Source: an uncultured Gemmatimonadales bacterium
Lineage (GTDB): Bacteria; Gemmatimonadota; Gemmatimonadetes; Longimicrobiales; Longimicrobiaceae
Reading direction: 5' to 3'
NCBI GenBank assembly: GCA_963716255.1
Contig: OY970303.1
Location: 4,512,001 to 4,576,000, forward strand
DNA length: 64,000 nucleotides
Within the stretch, counting starts at the first letter, position 1; every line of letters starts with the position of its first letter. Below the pieces are notes generated by a model. The model was not told the DNA's origin and made no database searches. It saw only the letters and a program-made list of their open reading frames with translations. Shown piece by piece: positions 38,650 through 47,939 of the stretch. The position numbers and the translations under genes were made by a program.

Positions 38650-40044
38650 ATGGCTCGCTATGGACGAGACTTCGACCGCAATCGCGGGGGGATGTTCGGG
38701 AACCGGGGCATGACGGGGCGCGACTACGGACAGGACTACGGCTACGGCGCCGGTGGGTCCGGGAGCGAAGAGTTCCGCGGCGGCACGTCGCGCGGCGGCG
38801 GCTATGGCGGGATGGGCTCGGACGGCTTCGGCTCCGGGTACGGCGGAATGGGGTCGGACGGCTACCTGGGCGGGGGCGGCGGGCAGTCGCGCGGGGGCTT
38901 CAGCGGCTTCGGCGGCGGCGGCGGTGCCTACGACAGCGAATACGGCAGCGGCGCCGGCGGGATGAGCCGGGGCGGCGGGTACGGCGGCACCGGCGGCGGA
39001 TTCGGGAGCGGCCGCGGCACCGGCTACGGCGGCGGCGGGATGACGGGCGGCGGCTCGTCGTACGGGCGCGGCGGGATGGGCGGCGGCTACCGCGGCGACG
39101 AATACAGCGGTGAGGGCGGCTTCGAGTACGGCTCCGGGCGCTCGTCGCAGGGCGGCGGCTACGGGGCGTACGCGGGCGGCTACTCGGGGTACCAGGGCGG
39201 CTTCGGCGGCGGCTTCGGCGAGCCGGGGTACGGCGACTACGGCCTGGGCGAGACCACCCGCGGCGGGCTGGGGCGGACCGCCGGCCGCGGCGGGAGCCAG
39301 GAGACCCGCCGGCGCGCCTCCGAGATCATGACGCGCGACCCGGAGACGGTCACCGCGGACGCCACCCTGGCCGACGCGGCCAGGAAGATGCGCGACCTGG
39401 ACGTGGGCATCATCCCCGTGGTGGAGAGCGAGCAGAACAAGCGCCTCAAGGGGGTGGTCACCGACCGCGACATCACCATCCGCGCGGTCGCCGAGGGCAA
39501 GGACGCCAACACCACCAAGGTTCTGGAGGTGATGACCTCGGGGGTGGAGACCTGCAACCAGAACGACACGGTGCAGGACATCCTCAGCCTGATGGAGCGC
39601 GAGCAGGTGCGCCGCGTGCCCATCACCGACCGCGAGGGGCGGCTGGTGGGGATCGTCGCGCAGGCGGACGTGGCCACCGAGCTCGCCGACTCGCACGAGG
39701 GGATGCACGAGGTGGCGGACACCCTGGAGCGCATCTCCGAGCCCGGCCGCGGGGGCCGCGGCGGCTCCATGCGCGGCTCGCAGTCGCGCGGGATGCAGAC
39801 CGGCGGCCGCTCCGGCGGGATGCAGGCGGGCGGTGGGACGTCGTCGGGCAGCGGGATGACGGCGGGCGGGCGCTCCTCCGGCGGGACGCAGACGGGTGGC
39901 GCCCAGGCCGGCGGGATGCAGGCCGGCGGCGCGCAGACCGGGACGGCGCAGTCCGGCTCCGGCGCGGCCGGCGGCACGCAGGGCCGCACGCAGCCGGGTG
40001 GCACGCGCGGCTCCGCCGCGGCGGGGAGCGAGGGCGGCGAGTAG
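38650..40044 (+). CDS. CBS-pair protein flanked by long Gly/Tyr/Arg-rich and Gly/Gln-rich low-complexity regions
   Basis: GGAGG RBS; central EIMTRDP...GVVTDRDITIRAV...QVRRVPI..GRLVGIVAQAD. Confidence 0.85.
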   Translation: MARYGRDFDRNRGGMFGNRGMTGRDYGQDYGYGAGGSGSEEFRGGTSRGGGYGGMGSDGFGSGYGGMGSDGYLGGGGGQSRGGFSGFGGGGGAYDSEYGSGAGGMSRGGGYGGTGGGFGSGRGTGYGGGGMTGGGSSYGRGGMGGGYRGDEYSGEGGFEYGSGRSSQGGGYGAYAGGYSGYQGGFGGGFGEPGYGDYGLGETTRGGLGRTAGRGGSQETRRRASEIMTRDPETVTADATLADAARKMRDLDVGIIPVVESEQNKRLKGVVTDRDITIRAVAEGKDANTTKVLEVMTSGVETCNQNDTVQDILSLMEREQVRRVPITDREGRLVGIVAQADVATELADSHEGMHEVADTLERISEPGRGGRGGSMRGSQSRGMQTGGRSGGMQAGGGTSSGSGMTAGGRSSGGTQTGGAQAGGMQAGGAQTGTAQSGSGAAGGTQGRTQPGGTRGSAAAGSEGGE

Positions 40045-40269
40045 CTCCGCCGCTCGAAGCCGGCAGGGGAAGGGGGGGCCGCGCCGCGGCCCCCCCTTTC
40101 GCCGTCCACGAGGGGATTTTTCCGGATTCCGCGGCCCGGCACGGCTTCCCGGCGCGGCCGGAAACGTACGGTGGGATACGGCATAGGCCTTGCCGGACTG
40201 CGCGCCCCCGCACGGGAGCGGGGAAGGTCCGGGGAAAGGAACGGAACCTGAATCGATCGGGAGGAGCCA

Positions 40270-40923
40270 ATGCACGACGAGCGCGACGTGGAGTTCACGC
40301 CTTCACCGGAGATGGGGGCGGCCGCCGGCGGAGTGGAGTTCACGCCCGCGCCGGGCCCGGAGAGCGCGGCGGGCCCCGGCCCGGCGGGGGCCGCCATGGA
40401 CCAGGCGAAGGCGACGGCCCAGCGCCTGATGGGCGACGCCCAGCAGAAGACCGCGGAGCAGGTGCAGACGCACCTGGACGGCCAGAAGACCCGCGCGGCC
40501 GAATCGCTCAGCGGCGTCGCGCAGTCGCTGCGCACCACCAGCCGGCAGCTCACGGAAGCGCCGGCGGGGCTGGGCGGCTTCGTGCAGCAGGCCGCCGACC
40601 ACGTGGACGGCCTGGCGCGCTACCTGGAGAACAGCGAGGTGGGCGACCTGGTGGACGACGTGGAGGACTTCGCGCGGCGCAGCCCCGCGGTGTTCCTGGG
40701 CGGCGCTTTCGTCCTGGGGATGCTGGGGGCGCGCTTCCTCAAGAGCTCGCGCCGCAACCTGGTGCGCAGCGAGCTGCGGCAGGGGTGGAGCGGCCACGAT
40801 CTCACCGGACGCATGGACGATCCCACCCGCGACGCCGTGGGCCGGCCGCGGGCGCCGGGGTACGCTCCGCCCGCGGAGCGCACCGGCTCGGAGTACAGGG
40901 CCGCGGGACCCCGCGAAGGGTAG
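40270..40923 (+). CDS. Hypothetical stress-cluster protein (ElaB/YqjD-like tail)
   Basis: GGAGG RBS; QKTRAAESL..VAQSLR, VEDFARRSPAVFLGGAFVLGMLGARFLKSS. Confidence 0.75.
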   Translation: MHDERDVEFTPSPEMGAAAGGVEFTPAPGPESAAGPGPAGAAMDQAKATAQRLMGDAQQKTAEQVQTHLDGQKTRAAESLSGVAQSLRTTSRQLTEAPAGLGGFVQQAADHVDGLARYLENSEVGDLVDDVEDFARRSPAVFLGGAFVLGMLGARFLKSSRRNLVRSELRQGWSGHDLTGRMDDPTRDAVGRPRAPGYAPPAERTGSEYRAAGPREG

Positions 40924-40975
40924 CCGGCGGGAGCACGGACCGGAAACCTTTCGACGACGAGCCCCAGGAGGAGCG

Positions 40976-42385
40976 ATGGCCGACAGGGACGACGAATCCG
41001 TCCGGGTGGACGAGCGCGTGGGGATCGGGGTGGAGGCGGGGCGCGACCGGCAGGCCCCGGACGCGATCCGCACCGACATCCACCAGACGCGCGAGCGCAT
41101 GAGCCACACCATCGAGGAGCTCAGCGGGCGGCTCAACCCGGAGCACCTCAAGGCGCAGGTCAGGGAGAACGTTCGCGAAGCCACCATCGGGAGGGCGGAA
41201 CACATGGCGCACAGGGCGATGGGCCGGGTCTCCGAGACCCGCAACGGCATGATGGACACGCTGCGGGACAACCCGCTGCCGGCGGCGCTCGTGGGGATCG
41301 GGCTGGGGTGGCTGCTGTGGAACGGCCGCAGGCAGCACGACGACCGCTACGCCGACCCCGGCGTCGACTACCGTCCCGGCGACCGCTACCCGCAGACCGG
41401 CTACCGCGAGCCGGGCTACGGGGCGGCGGGCGGCTACGGCGCGGCCGCCTACGGGAGGTCGGACTTCGGGAGCTGGACGGGGCGCGAGGCGGCCGGCGCG
41501 TACGGCGGCTCGGGCGGCTACCGGTACGAGGAGGACGAGCCCGGGGTGGTGGACCGCGCGCGCAGCCGCGCCTCCGAGCTGGGTGAGACCGCCCGCGAAA
41601 AGGCCGGCGACCTCACCGGCACCGCGCGCGACACCGTCAGCGGCCTGGCGGACCGCACGCGCGACGCGGCCGGCGACGCGGCGGAGCGGGCCCGCTCCGC
41701 CGCGGAAACGCTGGCGCACCAGACCCGCTACCGCACGCACCGGCTGGAGGACCGCTTCCAGGACGCGCTGCACGAGAGCCCGCTGGTGGTGGGGGCGGCG
41801 GCCGTCGCGCTGGGCCTGGCGGCGGGGCTGAGCGCCCCGGCGACGCGCCGCGAGGTGGAGCTGATGGGCGCCACCCGCGACCAGCTCCTGGACCGCGCCA
41901 GGGAGGCGGCGGGCGAGGCCGGCGAGAAGGTGCAGGCCGTCGCCGGGCGCGTGGTGGAGGAGGCGCAGAGCACCGCGAAGCAGGCCGCGCAGGAGCAGGG
42001 CCTGACCTCCCCCGGCGCCCCGGGCGCCGCGGCCGGCGGGAGCGCCGGAGCCGGCTTCGGCGCGGCGGCCGGGACTGCGGGGACGAGCACCGCCTTCGGG
42101 AGCGGGAGCGGGACGGGCGCCGGCACGGGCCCGGGCGGTGCCACCGGGACGGGAGCCGGCACGTCCGGCTTCGGGGGCACGGGGACCGGCGGCGCCGGGA
42201 CCTACACGGACACGGAAGACGGCGGCCTGACCACCACCGGCGGCACGGGAACGGGCCTGGGCACGAGCGGCACAGCCACCAGCGGCGGTTTCGGCGCCGG
42301 CGACGCCGGGAGCACGGGGACGGAGTCCGGCGGCTTCGGGACCGGCACGGACACCCCCGGCGGCACGGGCACCGGGGCCTTCTGA
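40976..42385 (+). CDS. DUF3618-like protein with a Gly/Thr-rich tail
   Basis: IRTDIHQTRERMSHTIEELSGRLNP, DNPLPAALVGIGLGWL, ESPLVVGAAAVALG..P.TRRE..LMG. Confidence 0.8.
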   Translation: MADRDDESVRVDERVGIGVEAGRDRQAPDAIRTDIHQTRERMSHTIEELSGRLNPEHLKAQVRENVREATIGRAEHMAHRAMGRVSETRNGMMDTLRDNPLPAALVGIGLGWLLWNGRRQHDDRYADPGVDYRPGDRYPQTGYREPGYGAAGGYGAAAYGRSDFGSWTGREAAGAYGGSGGYRYEEDEPGVVDRARSRASELGETAREKAGDLTGTARDTVSGLADRTRDAAGDAAERARSAAETLAHQTRYRTHRLEDRFQDALHESPLVVGAAAVALGLAAGLSAPATRREVELMGATRDQLLDRAREAAGEAGEKVQAVAGRVVEEAQSTAKQAAQEQGLTSPGAPGAAAGGSAGAGFGAAAGTAGTSTAFGSGSGTGAGTGPGGATGTGAGTSGFGGTGTGGAGTYTDTEDGGLTTTGGTGTGLGTSGTATSGGFGAGDAGSTGTESGGFGTGTDTPGGTGTGAF

Positions 42386-42408
42386 CCCGGAGTCCGGCGG
42401 GTGAAATG

Positions 42409-42450
42409 CGAGAGCGGCGCCGGGATCATCCCGGCGCCGCTCTCGTTTTT
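42409..42450 (+). terminator. Intrinsic terminator
   Basis: CGAGAGCGGCGCCGGGA-TCA-TCCCGGCGCCGCTCTCG then TTTTT. Confidence 0.8.
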
Positions 42451-42463
42451 CCGGGGCCGGCGG

Positions 42464-42523
42464 GCCCTCACCCGGCTCGCTCGAGGCTCGCCACCCTCTC
42501 CCAGTTCTGGGAGAGGGGGCAAC
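42464..42523 (+). repeat. Companion element (type A) 5' of R1
   Basis: GCCCTCACCCGGCTCGCT.GAGGCTCGCCACCCTCTCCCA..TCTGGGAGAGGGGGCAAC. Confidence 0.85.
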
Positions 42524-42552
42524 GGCTGGATGTTGCGGTCGCTTCGAAATCT

Positions 42553-42681
42553 GCGTGAGGGATTTCGGCCCGAAGGGGCGAGACCCGCGGGCAGTTTCGC
42601 GGGGCTCGACTCCGTTGGGCTGCGTTGTTTGCAGCCCTACGGAGCCGAAGCCCGACCCCGGCGCCAGCCGGGGGCACGCCC
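42553..42681 (+). repeat. R1 structured repeat, copy 5
   Basis: Full R1 core; stem GGGCTGC/GCAGCCC. Confidence 0.95.
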
Positions 42682-42703
42682 AACCCCGCAGTTCAGCAGT
42701 CCG

Positions 42704-43960
42704 TCACGCTTGGTCCCACCGCCGCAGCGCCAACGTGCTGTTCGCCCCGCCGAACCCGAACGAGTTGGAGAGCGCCACCTCCACCTGCGCGCGCCGGGCC
42801 GTGTTGGGCACGTAGTCCAGGTCGCACTCCGGGTCCGGGTCGGTGAGGTTGATGGTGGGCGGGAGCACCCCGTCGCGCAGCGCCAGCACCGTGAGCCCCG
42901 CCTCGATCGCCGCCGTCCCGCCCAGCGCGTGCCCCAGCATGCTCTTGGTGGACGACACCGCCAGCCGGTCCGCGTGCTCCCCGAACACCGCGCGGATCGC
43001 CCGCGTCTCGGCCAGGTCGCCCACCGGGGTGGAGGTGCCGTGCGCGTTGACGTAGCCCACCGATTCGGGCGCGATCCCCCCGCTGCGCAGCGCCCGGCGG
43101 ATCGCCAGCGCCGCGCCCTCGCCGTTCTCCGGCGGGGCGGTGACGTGGTACGCGTCCGAGCTCATCCCGAACCCCGCCACCTCCGCCAGGATCGGCGCGC
43201 CCCGCCGCCGCGCCGACTCCAGCTCCTCCAGCACCAGGATCCCCGCCCCCTCCGCGTGGACGAAGCCGCTGCGCTTCGCGTCGAAGGGGCGCGACGCGGT
43301 CTCCGGGGAGTCGTAGTCGGTGGCCAGGGCGCGCGCCGCGGCGAAGCCCGCGAACGAGATGGGGGTGACGCACGCCTCCGTGCCCCCCGCCAGCATCATG
43401 TTCGCGTCGCCGCGCTGGATGGCGTGGAACGCCTCGCCGATGGCGTGGTTGCTGGTGGCGCACGCGGACACCGGCGAGTAGCTGGGCCCCATCGCCCCGG
43501 TGCGGATGGACACCTGCCCCGCCGCCAGGTTGATGATGCTCGCCGGGATGAAGAACGGCGACACCCGCCCCGGCCCGCGCTCCGCCATCAGCTTGGACGT
43601 CTCCATGATGGAGATCAGCCCGCCCATCCCCGAGCCGATGATGACGCCCGTCTCTTCCGGCTCCGGCACCGGCCCCAGCCCCCCGAGCCCGGCGGAGCGG
43701 AGCGCCTCGTCGGCGGCGACCAGCGCGTACTGGATGAACCAGTCCATGCGCCGCGCCTCCTTGCGGTCGATCACCCCCTCCGGGTCGAAGCCCTTGACCT
43801 CGCCCGCGATGGCGACCGATGCGGGGAACCCCTCCGGCGAGAACTTGGTGAGCGGCCCGATGCCGGAGCGCCCCTCCACCACGCCCTTCCAGGTCTCCTC
43901 CACGGAGTTCCCCAGCGGTGTGACCATGCCGATTCCGGTGACGACGACGCGACGCGACAA
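42704..43960 (-). CDS. fabF: 3-oxoacyl-ACP synthase II
   Basis: RRVVVTGIG, VSPFFIP, SACATS (Cys), NAHGTST, STKSMLGH, SNSFGFGG; TTG start. Confidence 0.95.
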   Translation of the reverse strand: MSRRVVVTGIGMVTPLGNSVEETWKGVVEGRSGIGPLTKFSPEGFPASVAIAGEVKGFDPEGVIDRKEARRMDWFIQYALVAADEALRSAGLGGLGPVPEPEETGVIIGSGMGGLISIMETSKLMAERGPGRVSPFFIPASIINLAAGQVSIRTGAMGPSYSPVSACATSNHAIGEAFHAIQRGDANMMLAGGTEACVTPISFAGFAAARALATDYDSPETASRPFDAKRSGFVHAEGAGILVLEELESARRRGAPILAEVAGFGMSSDAYHVTAPPENGEGAALAIRRALRSGGIAPESVGYVNAHGTSTPVGDLAETRAIRAVFGEHADRLAVSSTKSMLGHALGGTAAIEAGLTVLALRDGVLPPTINLTDPDPECDLDYVPNTARRAQVEVALSNSFGFGGANSTLALRRWDQA

Positions 43961-44010
43961 GCCGGCCTTCCTGGTTTCCTCGTTTGAACTGACTTCTGAC
44001 GGCGGGGTTC

Positions 44011-44140
44011 GGGCGTGCCCCTCGCTGGCGCTCGGGTCGGGCTTCGGCTCCGTAAGGCAGCAAACAACGCTGCCTAACGGAGTCGAGCCCCGGCAAACTG
44101 CCGCCGGGTCTCGCCCCTTCGGGCCGGAATCCCTCACGCG
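44011..44140 (-). repeat. R1 structured repeat, copy 6
   Basis: R1 core, reverse; terminal hairpin variant CCC-GA-GC-GCCA-GC-GA-GGG. Confidence 0.95.
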
Positions 44141-44193
44141 GGGCCCGCGCTGGCGCCCGCAGGGGCCCCACACCGGCGCTGCGGTTCCAAGCC

Positions 44194-44253
44194 GTTGCCC
44201 CCTCTCCCAGAATTGGGAGAGGGTGGCGAGCCTCAAGCGAGCCGGGTGAGGGC
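44194..44253 (-). repeat. Companion element (type A)
   Basis: Reverse complement of the 42464 element. Confidence 0.85.
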
Positions 44254-44260
44254 CCTGCCG

Positions 44261-44926
44261 TTATTCCGCCCGCAGCAGTCCCTTGCGCAGCGCGAACCGC
44301 ACCAGCTCGCTCCGGTGGTGGAGGTCCAGCTTTTCCATGATGCGGGCGCGGTAGGTGTCCACCGTCTTGGGGGAGATGAACAGCTTCTTGCCGATCTCGC
44401 TGGAGCTGAACCCCTCCACGGTGAACGACAGCACCTCGCGCTCGCGGTCCGTGAGCCGGTCGATGGGGTCCTCCTCGCCGGCCTCGGACTTCTGCTTCAG
44501 GCCGCGCAGCAGCAGCTTGGCGGCGCTGGGATACAGGAACACGTCGCCGCGGGCCACGGTGCGGATGGCCTCGATCAGCTCCTCGTCCGCGCTGCGCTTG
44601 TTCACGTAGCCGGAGCCGCCCGCCTCCAGCACGGGGAGGAGGTGCTCCTCCTCGCCGTGCATGGTGAGCACCAGCACGCGCGTTCCCTGGTCCAGCGCCG
44701 CGATGGCGCGGGTGGCCTCCAGGCCGCCCTGGCCGGGCATGGACAGGTCCATCACCACCACGTCGGGGCGCAGCTCCGCGGCGCGGGCGGTGCCCTCCTC
44801 GCCGGTGCCGGCCTCGCCCACCACCTGGAACCCCGGCTCGGCCTCCAGCAGCGCGCGCAGCCCGGCGCGGAGCACCGCGTGGTCGTCCACCAGCAGGACC
44901 CTGATCGTCTCCGGTTCCGGCGTCAT
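44261..44926 (-). CDS. NarL/LuxR-family response regulator (orphan)
   Basis: VLLVDDHAVLRAG, DVVVMDLSMPG, LTDREREVL, ISPKTVDTYRARIMEKL. Confidence 0.93.
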   Translation of the reverse strand: MTPEPETIRVLLVDDHAVLRAGLRALLEAEPGFQVVGEAGTGEEGTARAAELRPDVVVMDLSMPGQGGLEATRAIAALDQGTRVLVLTMHGEEEHLLPVLEAGGSGYVNKRSADEELIEAIRTVARGDVFLYPSAAKLLLRGLKQKSEAGEEDPIDRLTDREREVLSFTVEGFSSSEIGKKLFISPKTVDTYRARIMEKLDLHHRSELVRFALRKGLLRAE

Positions 44927-45022
44927 GGGGGCGTGGGTTGGGGGGAGCGGGCGCGCGGCGGATCTCCCGTCCCGCGGCGGCGCAATCTTGCGGCTCCGGC
45001 GCGCGGTCGCAAGCGCGTGCGG

Positions 45023-45760
45023 CTACAGGCGCTTCTGCAGCGCGTCCGGCGTCCACCGCGCCAGCAGCGCCGCCAGCGTGGAGAACGACCCGGAGAGCAG
45101 CAGCACCCCCACCGCGACCAGCAGCACCCCGCTGGCCCGGCTCACCCAGGGGAGCAGGTGCCGGTAGCGCCGGAACGCGCCCAGGAAGCGGTCGATCAGC
45201 AGCGTCGCCAGCAGGAAGGGCACGGCGAGCCCCGCCGAGTACACCGCCAGCAGCCCCATCCCCTCCGCCACCGAGCCGCGCGTGGCCGCCAGCGTGAGGA
45301 TCCCCCCCAGGATGGGCCCGATGCACGGCGTCCACCCCGCCCCGAAGGCCACCCCCACCAGCACCGTCCCCAGGTACCCCACCGGCTTGTCCGCCACGTG
45401 CACGCGCCACTCGCGCGACGCCCCGGGCAGCCGCAGCACCCCCAGCAGGTACAGCCCGAACACCACCAGCAGCCCTCCCCCGAAGATCTCCACCCAGCGG
45501 CTCGCGTACGAGAGCAGCGCCCCCAGGAACGTCGCCGACGCGCCCAGCAGGATGAACACCGTGGTGAAGCCCAGGATGAAGAGCAGCCCGTGCGTCAGCA
45601 CCGCCCGCCGCCCCCGTCCGGACTCCTCCTGGAGCTCGTCCAGGCTCATCCCGGTGATGAAGGTGGCGTAGCTGGGGATGAGCGGGAGCACGCACGGGGA
45701 AAGGAAGCTCAGCACCCCGGCGGTGAAGGCGACGGCGAGCCCGAGAGATTCGGCCTGCAT
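45023..45760 (-). CDS. ccdA: Cytochrome c biogenesis protein CcdA
   Basis: SFLSPCVLPLIPSY and GWTPCIGPILG motifs. Confidence 0.93.
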   Translation of the reverse strand: MQAESLGLAVAFTAGVLSFLSPCVLPLIPSYATFITGMSLDELQEESGRGRRAVLTHGLLFILGFTTVFILLGASATFLGALLSYASRWVEIFGGGLLVVFGLYLLGVLRLPGASREWRVHVADKPVGYLGTVLVGVAFGAGWTPCIGPILGGILTLAATRGSVAEGMGLLAVYSAGLAVPFLLATLLIDRFLGAFRRYRHLLPWVSRASGVLLVAVGVLLLSGSFSTLAALLARWTPDALQKRL

Positions 45761-45770
45761 GAAGGACGCG

Positions 45771-45798
45771 AGGGAACAGGGAATAGGGAATAGGAACA
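45771..45798. repeat. Heptamer tandem repeat (AGGGAA[C/T])
   Basis: AGGGAAC AGGGAAT AGGGAAT AGGAAC; the reverse complement CTGTTCC repeats at 3904 and 34698. Confidence 0.7.
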
Positions 45799-45809
45799 GC
45801 CCGCAAACG

Positions 45810-45899
45810 GCCCTCACCCGGCTCGCTTGAGGCGCGCCACCCTCTCCCTTCATCCGGTTCACGCGAAGCGTGAAGCGCCATTCTGGGAGAGGGGGCAAC
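45810..45899 (+). repeat. Companion element (type A, long form)
   Basis: Carries the insert CTTCATCCGGTTCACGCGAAGCGTGAAGCGCC; nearly identical to 51474-51562. Confidence 0.85.
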
Positions 45900-45928
45900 T
45901 GCTGGATCTTGCGGTTACGTCGGCAGTT

Positions 45929-46057
45929 GCGTGAGGGATTACGGCCCGAAGGGGCGAGACCCGGCGGCTGTTTTCCGGGGCTCGACTCCGTTAGGCAGCG
46001 TCGTTTGCTGCCTTACGGAGCCGAAGCCCGACCCCGGCGCCAGCCGGGGGCACGCCC
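45929..46057 (+). repeat. R1 structured repeat, copy 7
   Basis: Full R1 core; stem AGGCAGC/GCTGCCT. Confidence 0.95.
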
Positions 46058-46099
46058 GAACCAGGCCGTTCAATCCGTCCCACCCGCCATCAAGCTACG

Positions 46100-46130
46100 A
46101 AAACAAAAGGCCCCGGGTGAACCCGGAGCC
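46100..46130 (-). terminator. Intrinsic terminator of the 46158 gene
   Basis: Minus strand GGCTCCGGG-TTCA-CCCGGGGCC then TTTTGTTTT. Confidence 0.75.
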
Positions 46131-46157
46131 CCCAGTACCCGCCACCGGCCACCCGGT

Positions 46158-47651
46158 TCAGTCCGCGGCGACCTCGGCGGCGAAGCGCTCCTCCATCCGC
46201 TCGCCGCAGCCCATGCGGCTGCGCAGGCCGGAAAGCAGGTAGTCCAGCACGTCGCCGGCCGAGTAGGCGTGGCGCCCCTGGCCCAGGAACCGGCGGATGA
46301 TCTTGAGGTCGTCGCCGCTGGTGATCAGCGGCTTCTCCACCGAGCCGTCCTCGCGCACCTGGCCGTGGCCTACGTCCGCCATGAGCGCGTTGCACAGGCA
46401 CTTGCGCCCCACCGTGTCGGCCGCGTCGCCGCCCTTCTTGACGTAGGTGTCCACCGGCTCGGCGGGGCAGCGGTAGCCCAGGCGCCCGTTGGGCATGCGG
46501 TAGGTGCTGCGCAGGTACCCCAGGTCGCAGACGCGCTCGCGCGCCGCGTACTCCGCCGGCTGCGACATGGTGCCGCCCAGCTGCACCACCTTGAAGGGGA
46601 AGCCCGTGGGCGAGGCGCGCCCGTCGGTGAGCACGTCCACCTCGTCGTCCAGCGCCTGGCGGAGCACCTGCTCCTTGAGGTCGGCGCTGAAGCCGGACTC
46701 CTCCGTGAAGGCGAACAGCGTTCCCACCTGGATCCCGGCCGCGCCCTCGTCCAGCGCCTCCTGCAGCTTCTCCGGCGAGCCCGCGCTCCCCGCCAGCCAG
46801 AACGGGAGCCCCAGCTCGCGCATCTTGGCCAGGCACACCTCGTCGCGCTCGCCGTACACCGGCTCGCCGCGCTCGTTGAGCTGCAGGTCGCCGCGGGGCG
46901 GGGCGTTGTGGCCGCCCGCCGTGGGGGCCTCGATGATGAACCCGTCCACCCGGCCGCTCGCCTTGCGCGCCAGCATGGTCGCCAGCGAGTTGGAGGCGAT
47001 GATGGGAAAAAAGAACGGCCGCTGCATCTCGGTGGGGGGCTCCGCGGAGTGCTCGCGCGGGTCGAAGGTCATCACCGCCGGCTCGCCGCCGCCGTCCACG
47101 TCCAGCTTGAGCGAGGCGGGAAGGTGCTCCGCGAAGCGGTCCAGGATCCCCGGGATCTCCTTGGGGATCCCCGCGCCCATGAGCACGTAGTCCACCCGGG
47201 CCAGCATCGCCCCGTAGAGCGAGTCCAGGTTGGGCATCTGCACCTTGGTGAGCAGGTTGATGCCCACCTTGCCGTCGTGCCCCTCCTTGGCCAGCCACAC
47301 CTCGCAGAAGTTGGCCGCCATGGTGAGCTGCTGCCGCACCCGCGTCACCACCTGCTTGTACATGGGGACGGGCTTGTACGGCTCGTCCGCCGCGCGCCCC
47401 TCCGGGCGGAAGTAGCGGTCCAGGATCTCCTGCGCCACGTCCGGGATGGGAAAGTCCTCCAGCGCCCGCCGCAGGTGCCCGCCGATGTCGCCGTCCTGGA
47501 GCCTGCGCACGAACAGCGAGTCCAGCGCCGTCCCCGAGACGACGCCGAGCTGGCCGCGCATGGAGACCGCCTTCGCGAGCACCCAGCAGGAGACACCGAC
47601 ACCCATCCCGCCCTGGATGATCATGGGGTGCGTGAGCGCGGCAGCGGTCAT
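46158..47651 (-). CDS. Nitronate monooxygenase/FabK-like flavoprotein with a Cys-rich C-terminus
   Basis: IIQGGMGVGVS, MGAGIP, EAPTAGGHN, GIQVGTLF...ESG, SPTGFPFKV, VCDLGYL..C..KCLCN. Confidence 0.85.
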   Translation of the reverse strand: MTAAALTHPMIIQGGMGVGVSCWVLAKAVSMRGQLGVVSGTALDSLFVRRLQDGDIGGHLRRALEDFPIPDVAQEILDRYFRPEGRAADEPYKPVPMYKQVVTRVRQQLTMAANFCEVWLAKEGHDGKVGINLLTKVQMPNLDSLYGAMLARVDYVLMGAGIPKEIPGILDRFAEHLPASLKLDVDGGGEPAVMTFDPREHSAEPPTEMQRPFFFPIIASNSLATMLARKASGRVDGFIIEAPTAGGHNAPPRGDLQLNERGEPVYGERDEVCLAKMRELGLPFWLAGSAGSPEKLQEALDEGAAGIQVGTLFAFTEESGFSADLKEQVLRQALDDEVDVLTDGRASPTGFPFKVVQLGGTMSQPAEYAARERVCDLGYLRSTYRMPNGRLGYRCPAEPVDTYVKKGGDAADTVGRKCLCNALMADVGHGQVREDGSVEKPLITSGDDLKIIRRFLGQGRHAYSAGDVLDYLLSGLRSRMGCGERMEERFAAEVAAD

Positions 47652-47782
47652 ACGAGGTCCTCGGTTGGATGGCACGTCGAAGGGGGAGTCGGGCAATGTA
47701 CGAGATAGGTCACGGGTTCGCAACGACTTGCGGACCTACCTGTACTCCGGTGAACCCCGCTCAGTTCCATTTTCGTGAAATT

Positions 47783-47797
47783 GCAACCCTGGTGCCA
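47783..47797 (-). promoter_or_regulatory. Sigma54-type promoter
   Basis: Minus strand TGGCACCAGGGTTGCA, a close match to TGGCAC-N5-TTGC. Confidence 0.65.
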
Positions 47798-47939
47798 CGA
47801 CGCGAAAAGTTGACGGTGCCGTGATTTAGCCGTTTCGCTCCGGCGCGTCCGCGGGTGTTGCCCGCCCCCTCCGCGAGCGGGTATTTTCGGCGTGCCGGCG
47901 GGGCGTCCGCCCCGCCCTTCCCCGCGAAGCGAGCAGAAA

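Noticed and set aside
42555..42815. Recurrent ORF translations such as VRDFGPKGRDP...TEPKPDPGASRGHA and YGAEARPRRQPGARP
   Set aside because: They are translations of the R1 repeat in various frames, with no consistent start, stop or RBS.
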